Assembly (NCBI GenBank): GCA_049115575.1
Contig: JAGDZU010000004.1
Location: forward strand, 83,094 to 147,093
Source of the DNA: Bacteroidia bacterium
GTDB taxonomy: Bacteria; Bacteroidota; Bacteroidia; NS11-12g; UBA9320
Reading direction: 5' to 3'
DNA: 64,000 nucleotides
Position numbers and translations under genes: made by a program. This document shows, one piece after another, positions 39,359-49,327 of the stretch. Each line of letters starts with the position of its first letter. Position 1 is the stretch's first letter. The notes under the pieces were generated by a model. The model was not told where the DNA came from. It saw only the letters and a list, made by a program, of their open reading frames with translations, and did not search any database.

Positions 39359-42300
39359 TTAGAGTAATTCAGCCACTTTTTTTTGTAGAATCTGAACGAG
39401 TTCTTCCACTGAATAGGCGGAAATTTGCCCTATATGGGAAGTGTTATTCATTCTGATATTATAGTTCAATAGAATAACAGAACCTTGCTGCTCATAAATA
39501 CCTGTGATTCTATTTCCATGGTCCATGACAGGTACATCCATATATAAAATGGACAAATTTCCCTTATCTGATACCTCTTCTAACGAAGCGTCAAATTTCT
39601 GGGAAAGCATAAGCACATCCTCCAGACTTGATTGATCCAGAAACATACTTCTCACAAAAACTGGCTTAGGTTGATTAAGAGGGATTAGATTCTGTAAATC
39701 GGCGGTGAGTATGCCAATATCAAAAGACCCTTGGGAAGGCATTAACAATTGAGGTTCTTGTATGCCGTGAATATCACCAGCTAATTCGGGAACAGTCTCC
39801 CTTGCATAGGTGAAAATGGTATTTACATCTACAAATCGGTTCTTTCTCAATGCGGCTCCTTTCATAGCTTGAAGAATGGCATATGTAAGTAATCCTTGAC
39901 CATATCTACTCGCTTCATAACTAACAGCATCTGCTGCACAACCGCTTATTATAAACATACCCGTACGTTCCTTCATGCGATCAATTGCTTTAATCTGTGA
40001 AGACTCCACACTTCTAGAAGCAATTAAATTCTCAACCGCCTTACCTGAACCACATGCATCTATAATCATTACTTGCTTAAGAGCCGAAATTTCTTTGAGC
40101 CACTCTGTAATTTCAGCCGTACTTATAGCTTGAGTATTTCTTACATAATCATCTCTATAATCCTGCGAACGAGAAGAAATGGCATCCGCGGTCAAAAAGT
40201 AGAAGTCTCCATATGCTCCGCCATAATTGACTCCATGTCCACTTAAGTAAATAAATATGATATCGTCAGCGGTTGCTTGTTGTGCTATGGTATCAAAGAT
40301 GCTTTTTATCGCATCTTTTGTTGGCCTCACATCTCCCTCGGAATGCAATGTATACAGATGTGTTCTTTCTTTAAAAAGTTTTTCTGCTCCTAGACCAATA
40401 GCAGTGCTTATTGCCTTTGCGTCTGCAGTTGTGTATTTCAAATTGATGTTTTGGTTCACATAATCACTTACACCTAATACTATTCCGTAAAAATGTGGCT
40501 GAATCTGCTTTTCCTCTTCTATCAAATATTCAACTTCCACGCCTTTTCCTTGAACAAACTCATCTTCTGAATAGGCCACCACACCAATGGTGTTGTTATA
40601 GTTGGTATCTGAAGTTAGGTATCTATGCTCACTTACATCGAACAACACCATTTGCTCTTTGAGGCTTGTATCCAGATCTTTGGGTAATATGTTTTCGGCT
40701 ACTTCTTTACCATTGATGAATAGACTCACTTTGCCATAGCCTCCTGCCCTTTTTGTAATCCTAATAGGAACTCTACCCTCTTGAATTTGACCCAATTCCA
40801 CCATTGGTTCTAACTTTATACTACCTACTGATTTGATATCTGGCAGTGCTTCGCCATTCATTATCTTTTCGGCAAGGCCAGGTATCCAGTACCTGTGTTT
40901 GAGTTGATCAAAATCTATAACGTCCTTACCCTGCAACCAATACATCTTTTCCATGGCTCCTGGAGAAGCATCAAAAAAACCATTTGACGCCAAATGGACC
41001 CAACCTCCATCTTCAAGGAAAGAAGTAGTCATGAAGTCATTATTCACAAGATTGACATATACCCTAGATACCCCATCGGCTACAGCAGAAATCGATTGGT
41101 CCGTTAAATAGATATCTCTCAAAGAAGCAAAGGGCAACCTTATGATTACACTGTCTTTGTGAGTTATATCTGAAACCCAATGTATGTCTGGCATACTGCC
41201 AGCAACTAAAACTCCACCATTATAATATTTTGCCCAATCATACCTGTAAGACAATGACTCAAATGATCTCGAGACTTTACCGGCATTGAAATCCCATTCT
41301 CTTAGTGAAGAAGATTCATTCCATGCATTTGCATCCACATCCAATAACATCTTACTACCATCAGAACTCAAATCCAAAACATGCATCCCGGACCATTTCT
41401 TTAAAGGATTTGATACAGAATGTATCTTTCTAAGGGTCTCCAGATTAAACACTTCTGCTTTGCCATTATACCCATCATTTGCCAAACAAAGAAATTCCCC
41501 ATTTGCACTAAACATGGCATGAGTTGCATCTACCCTGCTCTTAAAAGAGCCCACTAATTTTCCATTAGATGTATTATATATGTTATAAATATTTCGATAT
41601 GATTTAGACACCCATAGTTTCCCGTCTTTTGAAAATGCCAATCCCTTGCCATCTCTTCTATAATACACGGAGTCTAAGTCCGTATCCATAATAGACCCGT
41701 TTAATAAAGCATATCTTCCAAGGGGATCAAGTTTAAATCCCCTAAAGTTTGCTTTTAGTTTAACATCTGACCAATGTGTTCCATTTTCAGACAGCCGGCG
41801 AATGTCTTTATTAGAAAAACCAATCATTGTGACTTTGTTTTCTTTGACCACTTTTTGGCCAATAATTTCAAGTATTTCGCCAGAGTATGACCTTTTAGTA
41901 TCTGTTCTCCAATTGATAATGTGAACTTCTCCATTCTCTAAACCAACTAACAATTCTTTGCTTTTATCTAGTATCCTTAATGAACTAACAATGCTTTTGA
42001 AACTGAGCTGATACACTAGGGAATCACCGTTAAACTTTCTGACCTCTACACCCCCTCTAAAGTCTGAGATTGCGAAATACTTGGCTGTAGGACTAACAAC
42101 AAACTCTTTTACATATCCTCTGGTTCTATGTTTAAAAACTTTGCGACCTGTTTCAATATCGTATTTAGCAGCCACATCATATAGATCTATAACCGTAACA
42201 AATTTGCCATCGCTGGAAAAGTGAAACTTTGAAATCATACGAAATCCCATGATTTTAGAGTGCTTCTTTTGAGCACTTGCAACCTCCCACCAACTAAAAT

Positions 42301-42964
42301 ATCCCCCATTCAAAGTTGAGCTAAAAACAAATCTTCCATCGTCGCTGAAAGTGTAGCCAGTATGAATATTTAATTGTTGGATTAGATTACCAGATGCTAT
42401 ATCCCAAATGTTCAGTTTTCCTTTACTAAAAGTGTGTATAAACTTTCCGCCTGGAACTAACCCCCCCTTTATTTGTGAGTTGAGTCTTTTAGTGGTTAAA
42501 CTGTCATAGGTTTTATAGACCGAACCATCTGCCAAATCCCATAAGACAGCTCGCTTGGAAAGCCCTATCAAATATCTATCATCATCCGTAAACTCCACTT
42601 TACCTACTGTTTGGGGTTCAATAAATCGATATTTCAATTTCGAAGTCATTAAGTCATAAACCTCAACCGTGCCATCAGATGTCACTATTGCAATGAATTC
42701 TTCATTATGACTAAACTGTATCTTGTCTTGACCTCCGTACTTGCTTCCTCTGAACAATAGACTCAAGACCACTTTACCATCTGAAACTCTCCAAATATTT
42801 GCGCGTCCATCTTCGGAGGAGCTAAACAGATAATTTCCGTCTGAACTCAACTGTACATCATTTACATGGCCATAGTGCCCATAGGGCATACCTAACCGTA
42901 TATCCTGACCATAAGATAACATCGATATGCAAACACAGAAAAGAAGAATTAAATGGCGTAGCAT
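39359..42964 (-). CDS. Secreted WD40 beta-propeller protein with C-terminal caspase-like (peptidase C14) domain
   Basis: Signal peptide, GH...V..V.LS.DG..L.S.S.DG...IW repeats, SGHG and IIDACGSG dyad motifs, YGQGLLTYA, QEP. Confidence 0.88.
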   Translation of the reverse strand: MLRHLILLFCVCISMLSYGQDIRLGMPYGHYGHVNDVQLSSDGNYLFSSSEDGRANIWRVSDGKVVLSLLFRGSKYGGQDKIQFSHNEEFIAIVTSDGTVEVYDLMTSKLKYRFIEPQTVGKVEFTDDDRYLIGLSKRAVLWDLADGSVYKTYDSLTTKRLNSQIKGGLVPGGKFIHTFSKGKLNIWDIASGNLIQQLNIHTGYTFSDDGRFVFSSTLNGGYFSWWEVASAQKKHSKIMGFRMISKFHFSSDGKFVTVIDLYDVAAKYDIETGRKVFKHRTRGYVKEFVVSPTAKYFAISDFRGGVEVRKFNGDSLVYQLSFKSIVSSLRILDKSKELLVGLENGEVHIINWRTDTKRSYSGEILEIIGQKVVKENKVTMIGFSNKDIRRLSENGTHWSDVKLKANFRGFKLDPLGRYALLNGSIMDTDLDSVYYRRDGKGLAFSKDGKLWVSKSYRNIYNIYNTSNGKLVGSFKSRVDATHAMFSANGEFLCLANDGYNGKAEVFNLETLRKIHSVSNPLKKWSGMHVLDLSSDGSKMLLDVDANAWNESSSLREWDFNAGKVSRSFESLSYRYDWAKYYNGGVLVAGSMPDIHWVSDITHKDSVIIRLPFASLRDIYLTDQSISAVADGVSRVYVNLVNNDFMTTSFLEDGGWVHLASNGFFDASPGAMEKMYWLQGKDVIDFDQLKHRYWIPGLAEKIMNGEALPDIKSVGSIKLEPMVELGQIQEGRVPIRITKRAGGYGKVSLFINGKEVAENILPKDLDTSLKEQMVLFDVSEHRYLTSDTNYNNTIGVVAYSEDEFVQGKGVEVEYLIEEEKQIQPHFYGIVLGVSDYVNQNINLKYTTADAKAISTAIGLGAEKLFKERTHLYTLHSEGDVRPTKDAIKSIFDTIAQQATADDIIFIYLSGHGVNYGGAYGDFYFLTADAISSRSQDYRDDYVRNTQAISTAEITEWLKEISALKQVMIIDACGSGKAVENLIASRSVESSQIKAIDRMKERTGMFIISGCAADAVSYEASRYGQGLLTYAILQAMKGAALRKNRFVDVNTIFTYARETVPELAGDIHGIQEPQLLMPSQGSFDIGILTADLQNLIPLNQPKPVFVRSMFLDQSSLEDVLMLSQKFDASLEEVSDKGNLSILYMDVPVMDHGNRITGIYEQQGSVILLNYNIRMNNTSHIGQISAYSVEELVQILQKKVAELL

Positions 42965-43003
42965 TTTCGGTTTCAGTGCATAAAGTTAAGAAAATCAGGA
43001 CAT

Positions 43004-43036
43004 AAAAAAACCCAGACTTGCAGAGCAAGCCTGGGT
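43004..43036 (-). terminator. Rho-independent terminator of rpsO-pnp
   Basis: Minus strand ACCCAGGCTTGC-TCT-GCAAGTCTGGGT followed by a T run. Confidence 0.9.
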
Positions 43037-43055
43037 CTATCTAGTTTATTTAGTT

Positions 43056-45362
43056 TTAATCCTTGTCTGAAGAAGGCTGATCTCCGCTGTTTCTGTTGCG
43101 GTTATCAGAATTTCTATTATCTCCTCCTCTATTGTCTCTTCCACGGTTATCTCTACCTCTGTTATCTCTTCCTCTATTGTCTCTTCCTCTTCCTCTATTG
43201 TCTCTACCGCGGTTGTTATCTCTTCTTTCTCTTGGCGGACGTTCTACATAACCTTCAGGCTTTTCAAGCAAAACTTTTCTGCTCAACCTCAGTTTACCAG
43301 ATCTCTCATCCACCTCAATCAATTTGACTTTCACTATTTCGTTGTCTTCAAAGACACCTTCCATTTTCTCTATTCGCTCCCAGCTTATCTCAGAAATATG
43401 AAGTAATCCTTCTTTACCTGGAAGTATCTCAACAAATGCACCAAAATCAACAACTGATTTTACTTTACCTTCATAAACAGTTCCCAATTCAGGATCTGTA
43501 ATGATTCCAGTAATCCACTCAATTGCTTTGGCGATAGTCTCTCCTCCAACTCCCGAAATTTCAACTCTACCTTTATCATCAACTTCGTCAATGGTTACTG
43601 TAGCTCCGGTCATTTCCTGAATCTCTTGAATCACTTTTCCACCTGAACCAATCACAGCACCTATTTTGTCTTTAGGTATTTCCATTACCTCAAGTCTTGG
43701 AGCGTGTTCTTTCAATTCTGTGTTAGGAGTAGAAATGGTTTTCTCCATTTCCTTTAGTATATGCATTCTGCCTTCTTTGGCTTGCAATAAAGCTTCTTCT
43801 AATACGTCATAAGATAATCCATCTACTTTCATATCCATTTGGCAAGCATAGATTCCATTCTCGTTACCCACTACTTTGAAATCCATATCTCCTAGATGAT
43901 CCTCATCTCCAAGAATGTCAGACAAAATAGCATAACGACCATTGTCATCTGCAACCATACCCATGGCAATTCCACTAGCACCTGCTTTTACCTGAATACC
44001 CGCATCCATCATAGCCATACTACCTGCGCAAACTGTAGCCATAGAACTACTTCCATTACTTTCCAGTATATCTGAAACAATTCTCAGCGTATATGGAAAA
44101 TCATCTGGAATCATTCTCTTTAATCCTCTTTCAGCTAAGTTACCATGCCCTATTTCTCTCCTACCAGGACCTCTGTTTGGTCTAGCTTCTCCAACTGAAA
44201 AAGATGGGAAGTTGTAGTGTAGCATAAAGCTATTAAAAGACTTTTCTAAATGGTTGTCTATTAACTGCTGATCTAACTTAGTACCAAGAGTTACAGATGT
44301 GAGTGATTGAGTTTCTCCTCTAGTGAACAAGGCCGAGCCGTGAACTGAAGGAAGGTAATCAACTTCCGTCCAGATTTGTCTAACCTCATCCAGCGCTCTT
44401 CCATCAAGACGTTGTTTGTTATCCAACATCATATTTCTCACTGCCTCTTTTTTAGATTTAGCGAGATATCTCTTAACCATAGTCATGGTCTCATCTTCTA
44501 CCTCTTCTCCTAAAGATTCAATATACTCATCCGCAATTGCGTTGAACTTTTCAGATCTTTCATCTTTAGCAGATGGCACCTTAGCAGCATCATAGAACTT
44601 CTGATAAGTTGCGTCTATAACTGTTTGCTTTAAAGCGTCATCATTGGTTTCATGATTGTACTCTCTTGGTGCTTTTCTTCCACCCATTTGATCGCAGAGT
44701 GCAATTTGCGCAGCGCAATCTTGTTTAATATATGTGTGGGCAAATTTTAAGGCTTCCACCATCTCTTTTTCTGAGATACCGTCCATTTCGCCTTCAACCA
44801 TATTAATATCAGCTGCTGTTCCAGCAACTATTAAATCTACATCTGAGTTTGCCAATTCATCCGCAAATGGGTTAATCACCCATTCGCCATCAATTCTTCC
44901 AACTCTCAATGAAGAAACTGGCCCTTCAAAAGGAATGTCTGTTATGGTAAGAGCTGCAGAAGCGGCTAATCCCACCAAAGCATCTGGTAAAATATTAGGG
45001 TCTGAAGACATGAGTTGAATCATCACCTGAGTTTCAGCGTGATAATCAGAAGGAAATAGTGGACGAAGTGTTCTGTCTACTATTCTACAAACAAGTATTT
45101 CTGCATTAGATAGTCTTCCCTCTCTTCTTAGAAATCCGCCTGGGATTCTTCCCCCTGCTGCAAATTTTTCTTGGTAGTCCACAGACATGGGTAGAAAATC
45201 CACTCCATCTCGTGCGTCTTTGTTAGATACTACTGTTGCAAGTAGTTTGGTGTTTCCCTGGCTTACAACAACAGCACCATGTGCTTGTCTTGCAAGTTTT
45301 CCAGTTTCAAGTGTAACGACTTTGTTGTCGCCGTAGTTTAAAGTTTGAGTATATATGTCCAT
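43056..45362 (-). CDS. pnp: Polyribonucleotide nucleotidyltransferase
   Basis: RIPGGFLRREGR, FTRGETQ, ESNGSSSMA and DHLGDMDFKV; KH and S1 domains. Confidence 0.99.
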   Translation of the reverse strand: MDIYTQTLNYGDNKVVTLETGKLARQAHGAVVVSQGNTKLLATVVSNKDARDGVDFLPMSVDYQEKFAAGGRIPGGFLRREGRLSNAEILVCRIVDRTLRPLFPSDYHAETQVMIQLMSSDPNILPDALVGLAASAALTITDIPFEGPVSSLRVGRIDGEWVINPFADELANSDVDLIVAGTAADINMVEGEMDGISEKEMVEALKFAHTYIKQDCAAQIALCDQMGGRKAPREYNHETNDDALKQTVIDATYQKFYDAAKVPSAKDERSEKFNAIADEYIESLGEEVEDETMTMVKRYLAKSKKEAVRNMMLDNKQRLDGRALDEVRQIWTEVDYLPSVHGSALFTRGETQSLTSVTLGTKLDQQLIDNHLEKSFNSFMLHYNFPSFSVGEARPNRGPGRREIGHGNLAERGLKRMIPDDFPYTLRIVSDILESNGSSSMATVCAGSMAMMDAGIQVKAGASGIAMGMVADDNGRYAILSDILGDEDHLGDMDFKVVGNENGIYACQMDMKVDGLSYDVLEEALLQAKEGRMHILKEMEKTISTPNTELKEHAPRLEVMEIPKDKIGAVIGSGGKVIQEIQEMTGATVTIDEVDDKGRVEISGVGGETIAKAIEWITGIITDPELGTVYEGKVKSVVDFGAFVEILPGKEGLLHISEISWERIEKMEGVFEDNEIVKVKLIEVDERSGKLRLSRKVLLEKPEGYVERPPRERRDNNRGRDNRGRGRDNRGRDNRGRDNRGRDNRGGDNRNSDNRNRNSGDQPSSDKD
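43093..43224 (-). repeat. Degenerate 15-bp coding repeats encoding the (R/G)DNRG tail of PNPase
   Basis: RDNNRGRDNRGRGRDNRGRDNRGRDNRGGDNRNSDNRN, with synonymous variation between units. Confidence 0.85.
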
Positions 45363-45429
45363 ATAAAAGCTTTTTAGGGCCTAAACGGACGGGACTTTTA
45401 AGAAAATTACTGGAAAAAGCTTAGGATGC

Positions 45430-45699
45430 TTATTTTCTGATTCCTAATTCTTTAATCAGTTCTCTGTACTTGAGAATGTCTTTCTTAGCGATAAAATTGA
45501 GTAAAGATCTTCTTTTACCAACAAGCTTAACCAAGCTTAATTCGGCTGAGTAGTCTTTCTTATTAACTTTCAAATGCTCGGTCAAATGCTGAATTCTGTG
45601 AGTAAACAATGCTACCTGAGCTTCTGCTTGACCAGTATTAGTATCAGTTCCACCGAACTGAGCTATAATTTCTTTCTTTTTATCTGCTGTTAATTGCAT
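45430..45699 (-). CDS. rpsO: 30S ribosomal protein S15
   Basis: NTGQAEAQVALFT.RI.HLTEHLK.NKKD...L.KLVGKRRSLL, LGIRK. Confidence 0.99.
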   Translation of the reverse strand: MQLTADKKKEIIAQFGGTDTNTGQAEAQVALFTHRIQHLTEHLKVNKKDYSAELSLVKLVGKRRSLLNFIAKKDILKYRELIKELGIRK

Positions 45700-45758
45700 T
45701 ACAAATACTGTTGTACTTAAATGGGCGGCAAAAGTATGAATATAATTTAAATATTGTA

Positions 45759-47843
45759 CTAATAGCCTCCAATAAATTTACGGATAAGCCATTCCAATGA
45801 AATCAGCAGCATAAGAACAATAAAGATGCCTTTCATATCAATTAAAGAACTCCACGTCCTCTCTTCTTCAATGCTCGCATTATGCGATTCACTTTGAGCC
45901 AGTAAATCAACTAGTTCATTGCGCTGATCAAAGGTAAAAAACGCGCCTTTACTCAAGGCCGATATAGATTCCAATAGCGGATACCTCGCTCTTAAATCCA
46001 TTAACTCCACTTGATCTTTAGACACCACAAAGCTTGCTTTAGATGTTAATGACTTACCTGCCACTTCCACTTCTGCACTGAATTCATAGGCTCCATGCTC
46101 CAGACCATGAAGATCCAAATAATATTGTCCATTGCGTTCACCCATAACTCGTTCTTCCACTGAGTTTCCATCTAGAATTAAATCCAGTTGAATTTCGGCA
46201 TGTTCAATAGGTTCTAAACTAGCATTATACAATTCACCCAACAATCTAACTGCCTCTGACTCACCATATATTCTTTTACCGGCATACACTTTAAATGCCT
46301 GCTTCTTGTCTTTCACGCTCAAAAATTGAACAATGCCAGTATTGATAGCATTGACCAGCGAATGAGTTTGATTCTGTTCGTAGTCATTCAATCGCCATCG
46401 CCACATTCCATGCCCGGCTAGAACAGCGTATCTGTAATTCCCGTCTTTCTTGAGTAGAATCAAAGGCTCCGTTGTGGTTACATTGCCAATTTTCTGATAC
46501 AGATAAACATCTGCGGGTCTAAATCCTCCAAACTTGCCAAAAGGCACTTTTAATGGAGCCCATTTACTCAGAGAGCTTTTGAGTGATTCAGGAGAATCAA
46601 AATACTCAAAAGATGAATTCAAGAATCCGACGGCAGAACTCCAGCCCGATTGCATATCTAAGTTAATATCTAAGTCTGCCTTATTGAATAATTGAGCATT
46701 AAACGAAGGACCAATTAGAATATAGACTGCAATACCCTTTGCTTTACACGCATTAACCAACTCCACATCTGCTGGATTGGAAAACCAATCATGAAGTACA
46801 ATTACATCTTGATTGTTAACCGTAAACAAGCTTTGATCTTTCACGATATTTACCGCATACTGCTGATTGCTTTCTATTGCACTCAAGATCATTCCTGCAT
46901 CCGGATGACTGTTTCTACTCCATATTTCAATTTTTTTGCTCGCCTCAACCACATCTACATAAAAACTAAAGTTATTGTTCGCGATATACTTCTCGCTAGG
47001 ATCTGATTGCAATTGAATTTCAATTTTGTTCAAGCCCAGTTTCTTAGCAGGTAGATCAATAGTTTTTTCAATAAAATCTTCATCAGAAGTGAATTGAACT
47101 GTTTCCTCCATAAACTTCTGTCCATTCACAAAAACTCTGAGCATAGAAGATTTTCCTTTAAAATGATCTGCTGATAGCTCTAATTGCACTTGATAATCAT
47201 TGTCTTTAAAAACCAATGAATTGTAATAAACGTCCTCAATGGCTAAATCTGTAACTCTAGAGCTGTCTCCCCACGCCAGACCATAGACGGGCCATTTGCT
47301 GTGAGATGCCAAATTGCTGGGATCTACTCCTTTATTATATATTCCATCACTTAAGAATACTGCAGCAGAAATGTCTTGTCCATACTGATATTTTCCATCA
47401 ATTCTAAAAAGGGCAGACAGATTACTGTATGGTTCTTTATATCCAATTGTACTGTCATAAGGAGTTAGATTGTTTCCCACCCTCACCAATCTCACATCAT
47501 ACTTAGAAGATAACTTAGCTTCTAATTGCGGAAGGAATTCATCAATCTCCGAGGTATTTATTGGCCCATTGGTCATAGAAGAACTGGCATCAACAGCAAC
47601 TAAGAGTATTGGTTTGTAGGTTTTAAACTTGAGACTATTCAACAGCGGACCCAATAGCAATATCAATAGTATGGATGCCAATAGAAACCTGAGAAATGGA
47701 AGGATTAATCGCGCCCACTTATACTGCTTAAAGAAAGCTGTATCCTTATGTCTAGCGTATAAAAGAGCAGCATAACCAGCAGCAATTAGCAAGCAAACTG
47801 CTACAGTCCATAGAGGATATTCAATGCTCAATTTCCAGTTCAT
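45759..47843 (-). CDS. Membrane-anchored VWA-domain protein
   Basis: N-terminal TMs, MIDAS-like DASSSM, LSDG..N.G, WRWR and C-terminal LEWLIRK. Confidence 0.75.
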   Translation of the reverse strand: MNWKLSIEYPLWTVAVCLLIAAGYAALLYARHKDTAFFKQYKWARLILPFLRFLLASILLILLLGPLLNSLKFKTYKPILLVAVDASSSMTNGPINTSEIDEFLPQLEAKLSSKYDVRLVRVGNNLTPYDSTIGYKEPYSNLSALFRIDGKYQYGQDISAAVFLSDGIYNKGVDPSNLASHSKWPVYGLAWGDSSRVTDLAIEDVYYNSLVFKDNDYQVQLELSADHFKGKSSMLRVFVNGQKFMEETVQFTSDEDFIEKTIDLPAKKLGLNKIEIQLQSDPSEKYIANNNFSFYVDVVEASKKIEIWSRNSHPDAGMILSAIESNQQYAVNIVKDQSLFTVNNQDVIVLHDWFSNPADVELVNACKAKGIAVYILIGPSFNAQLFNKADLDINLDMQSGWSSAVGFLNSSFEYFDSPESLKSSLSKWAPLKVPFGKFGGFRPADVYLYQKIGNVTTTEPLILLKKDGNYRYAVLAGHGMWRWRLNDYEQNQTHSLVNAINTGIVQFLSVKDKKQAFKVYAGKRIYGESEAVRLLGELYNASLEPIEHAEIQLDLILDGNSVEERVMGERNGQYYLDLHGLEHGAYEFSAEVEVAGKSLTSKASFVVSKDQVELMDLRARYPLLESISALSKGAFFTFDQRNELVDLLAQSESHNASIEEERTWSSLIDMKGIFIVLMLLISLEWLIRKFIGGY

Positions 47844-47965
47844 TTAGGGTCTTCAAAAATAGCTGATAAGCCAATAGCTTTATCCTATCTGCTACTAAGG
47901 AAAAAATATGAGCAATAGTAACGACTAGCTAGGTTAAAATGGTATGACAATCTTACCTTTGCGCC

Positions 47966-48973
47966 GTGATTAAAACAGACATTATCATAATAGGTGCAGG
48001 TCCAACAGGGTTATTCACCGTTTTTGAAGCTGGATTGTTGAAACTGAGATGTCACCTGATTGATTCTCTACCTCAAGCAGGAGGTCAACTATCAGAAATC
48101 TATCCTAAGAAACCCATCTATGATATTCCAGGTTTTCCTTCCATATTGGCTGGAGAATTGGTAGATAATCTCATGGAACAGATAAAACCTTTCAAAGCTG
48201 GATTTACACTAGGGGAAAGGGCAGAATCCATTGAAAAAACAGATGATGGACAGTTTATAGTTACCACCAATAAAGGTACACAACACATGGCACCTAATAT
48301 TGCCATAGCTGGAGGCCTTGGTTGTTTTGAGCCACGCAAACCAGAGTTGGAAGGTTTAGAGCAATTCGAGGATAATGGTGTAGAATATATTATTAAAGAC
48401 CCTGAAATTTACAGAAACAAGAAAGTAGTAATAGCTGGTGGAGGGGATTCTGCTTTAGATTGGACTATTTTCCTTGCAGATGTGGCTAATGAAGTCACTT
48501 TGGTTCATAGAAGAAAGTCATTCAGAGGAGCTCTTGATTCAGTCGAGAAAGTAAACCAACTCAGTGAAAGCGGTAAAATCAAATTGGTAACAGAGGCTGA
48601 AATCAGTGGTCTGCACGGAAATGGAGTGCTGGAAGAATTAACCATTTCTCCAAAAACTGAGGAGGAATACAAAGTAAACACAGACCACTTTATTCCATTG
48701 TTTGGGCTTTCTCCCAAGCTTGGTCCAATTAAGGATTGGGGTTTAAATATTAATAAAGAATCTATAGAGGTAAATACATTTGATTATCAAACCAATGTTG
48801 AGGGCATTTATGCCGTTGGAGATATAAACCACTATCCGGGAAAATTAAGGTTGATCTTATGCGGATTTCACGAAGCCACATTGATGGTGCAATCTGCATA
48901 CAAACGAATTTATCCAGATCGCAATCTGGTATTGAAATACACCACTGTAACCGGAGTAAAGGAATTAGAATAA
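47966..48973 (+). CDS. Ferredoxin--NADP(+) reductase (TrxB/YumC type)
   Basis: IIGAGPTG, GGQLSEIYPKKPIYDIPG, GGGDSALDW and GDINHYPGKL; no CxxC. Confidence 0.9.
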   Translation: MIKTDIIIIGAGPTGLFTVFEAGLLKLRCHLIDSLPQAGGQLSEIYPKKPIYDIPGFPSILAGELVDNLMEQIKPFKAGFTLGERAESIEKTDDGQFIVTTNKGTQHMAPNIAIAGGLGCFEPRKPELEGLEQFEDNGVEYIIKDPEIYRNKKVVIAGGGDSALDWTIFLADVANEVTLVHRRKSFRGALDSVEKVNQLSESGKIKLVTEAEISGLHGNGVLEELTISPKTEEEYKVNTDHFIPLFGLSPKLGPIKDWGLNINKESIEVNTFDYQTNVEGIYAVGDINHYPGKLRLILCGFHEATLMVQSAYKRIYPDRNLVLKYTTVTGVKELE

Positions 48974-49320
48974 TGGAAGCTAAAATCTATCACAATCCAA
49001 GGTGCACCAAAAGCAGAAATGGATTATCACTATTAAGTGAGCAAGGAGTAAAAACTGAAATTATTGAATATTTAAAAGAGCCACTTGATTTCAAAGAATT
49101 AAAGGCTGTTATCACCAAATTGGGTATCGCACCTTATCAACTTCTAAGAAGGAATGAAGCTGACTTTAAAGCCCATTTCAAGGGCAAAGAATTATCTGAT
49201 GACCAATGGATACAAGCCATGATTGATTATCCTAAACTTATGGAAAGACCCATAGTGGTAGTTGGAAATAATGCTGTTATTGGAAGACCAACCGAGAAGA
49301 TATTAGAGTTGATTGGGTAG
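48973..49320 (+). CDS. arsC: ArsC/Spx family arsenate reductase-like protein
   Basis: IYHNPRCTKSR, P.LMERPIVV, IGRP. The true start is ATG 48973 (TAATG coupling). Confidence 0.88.
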   Translation: MEAKIYHNPRCTKSRNGLSLLSEQGVKTEIIEYLKEPLDFKELKAVITKLGIAPYQLLRRNEADFKAHFKGKELSDDQWIQAMIDYPKLMERPIVVVGNNAVIGRPTEKILELIG

Positions 49321-49327
49321 CCGAAAT

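Noticed and set aside
48859-48972. N-terminal extension of the ArsC ORF in the track
   Set aside because: It overlaps the FNR gene in another frame; the family N-terminus begins at ATG 48973.
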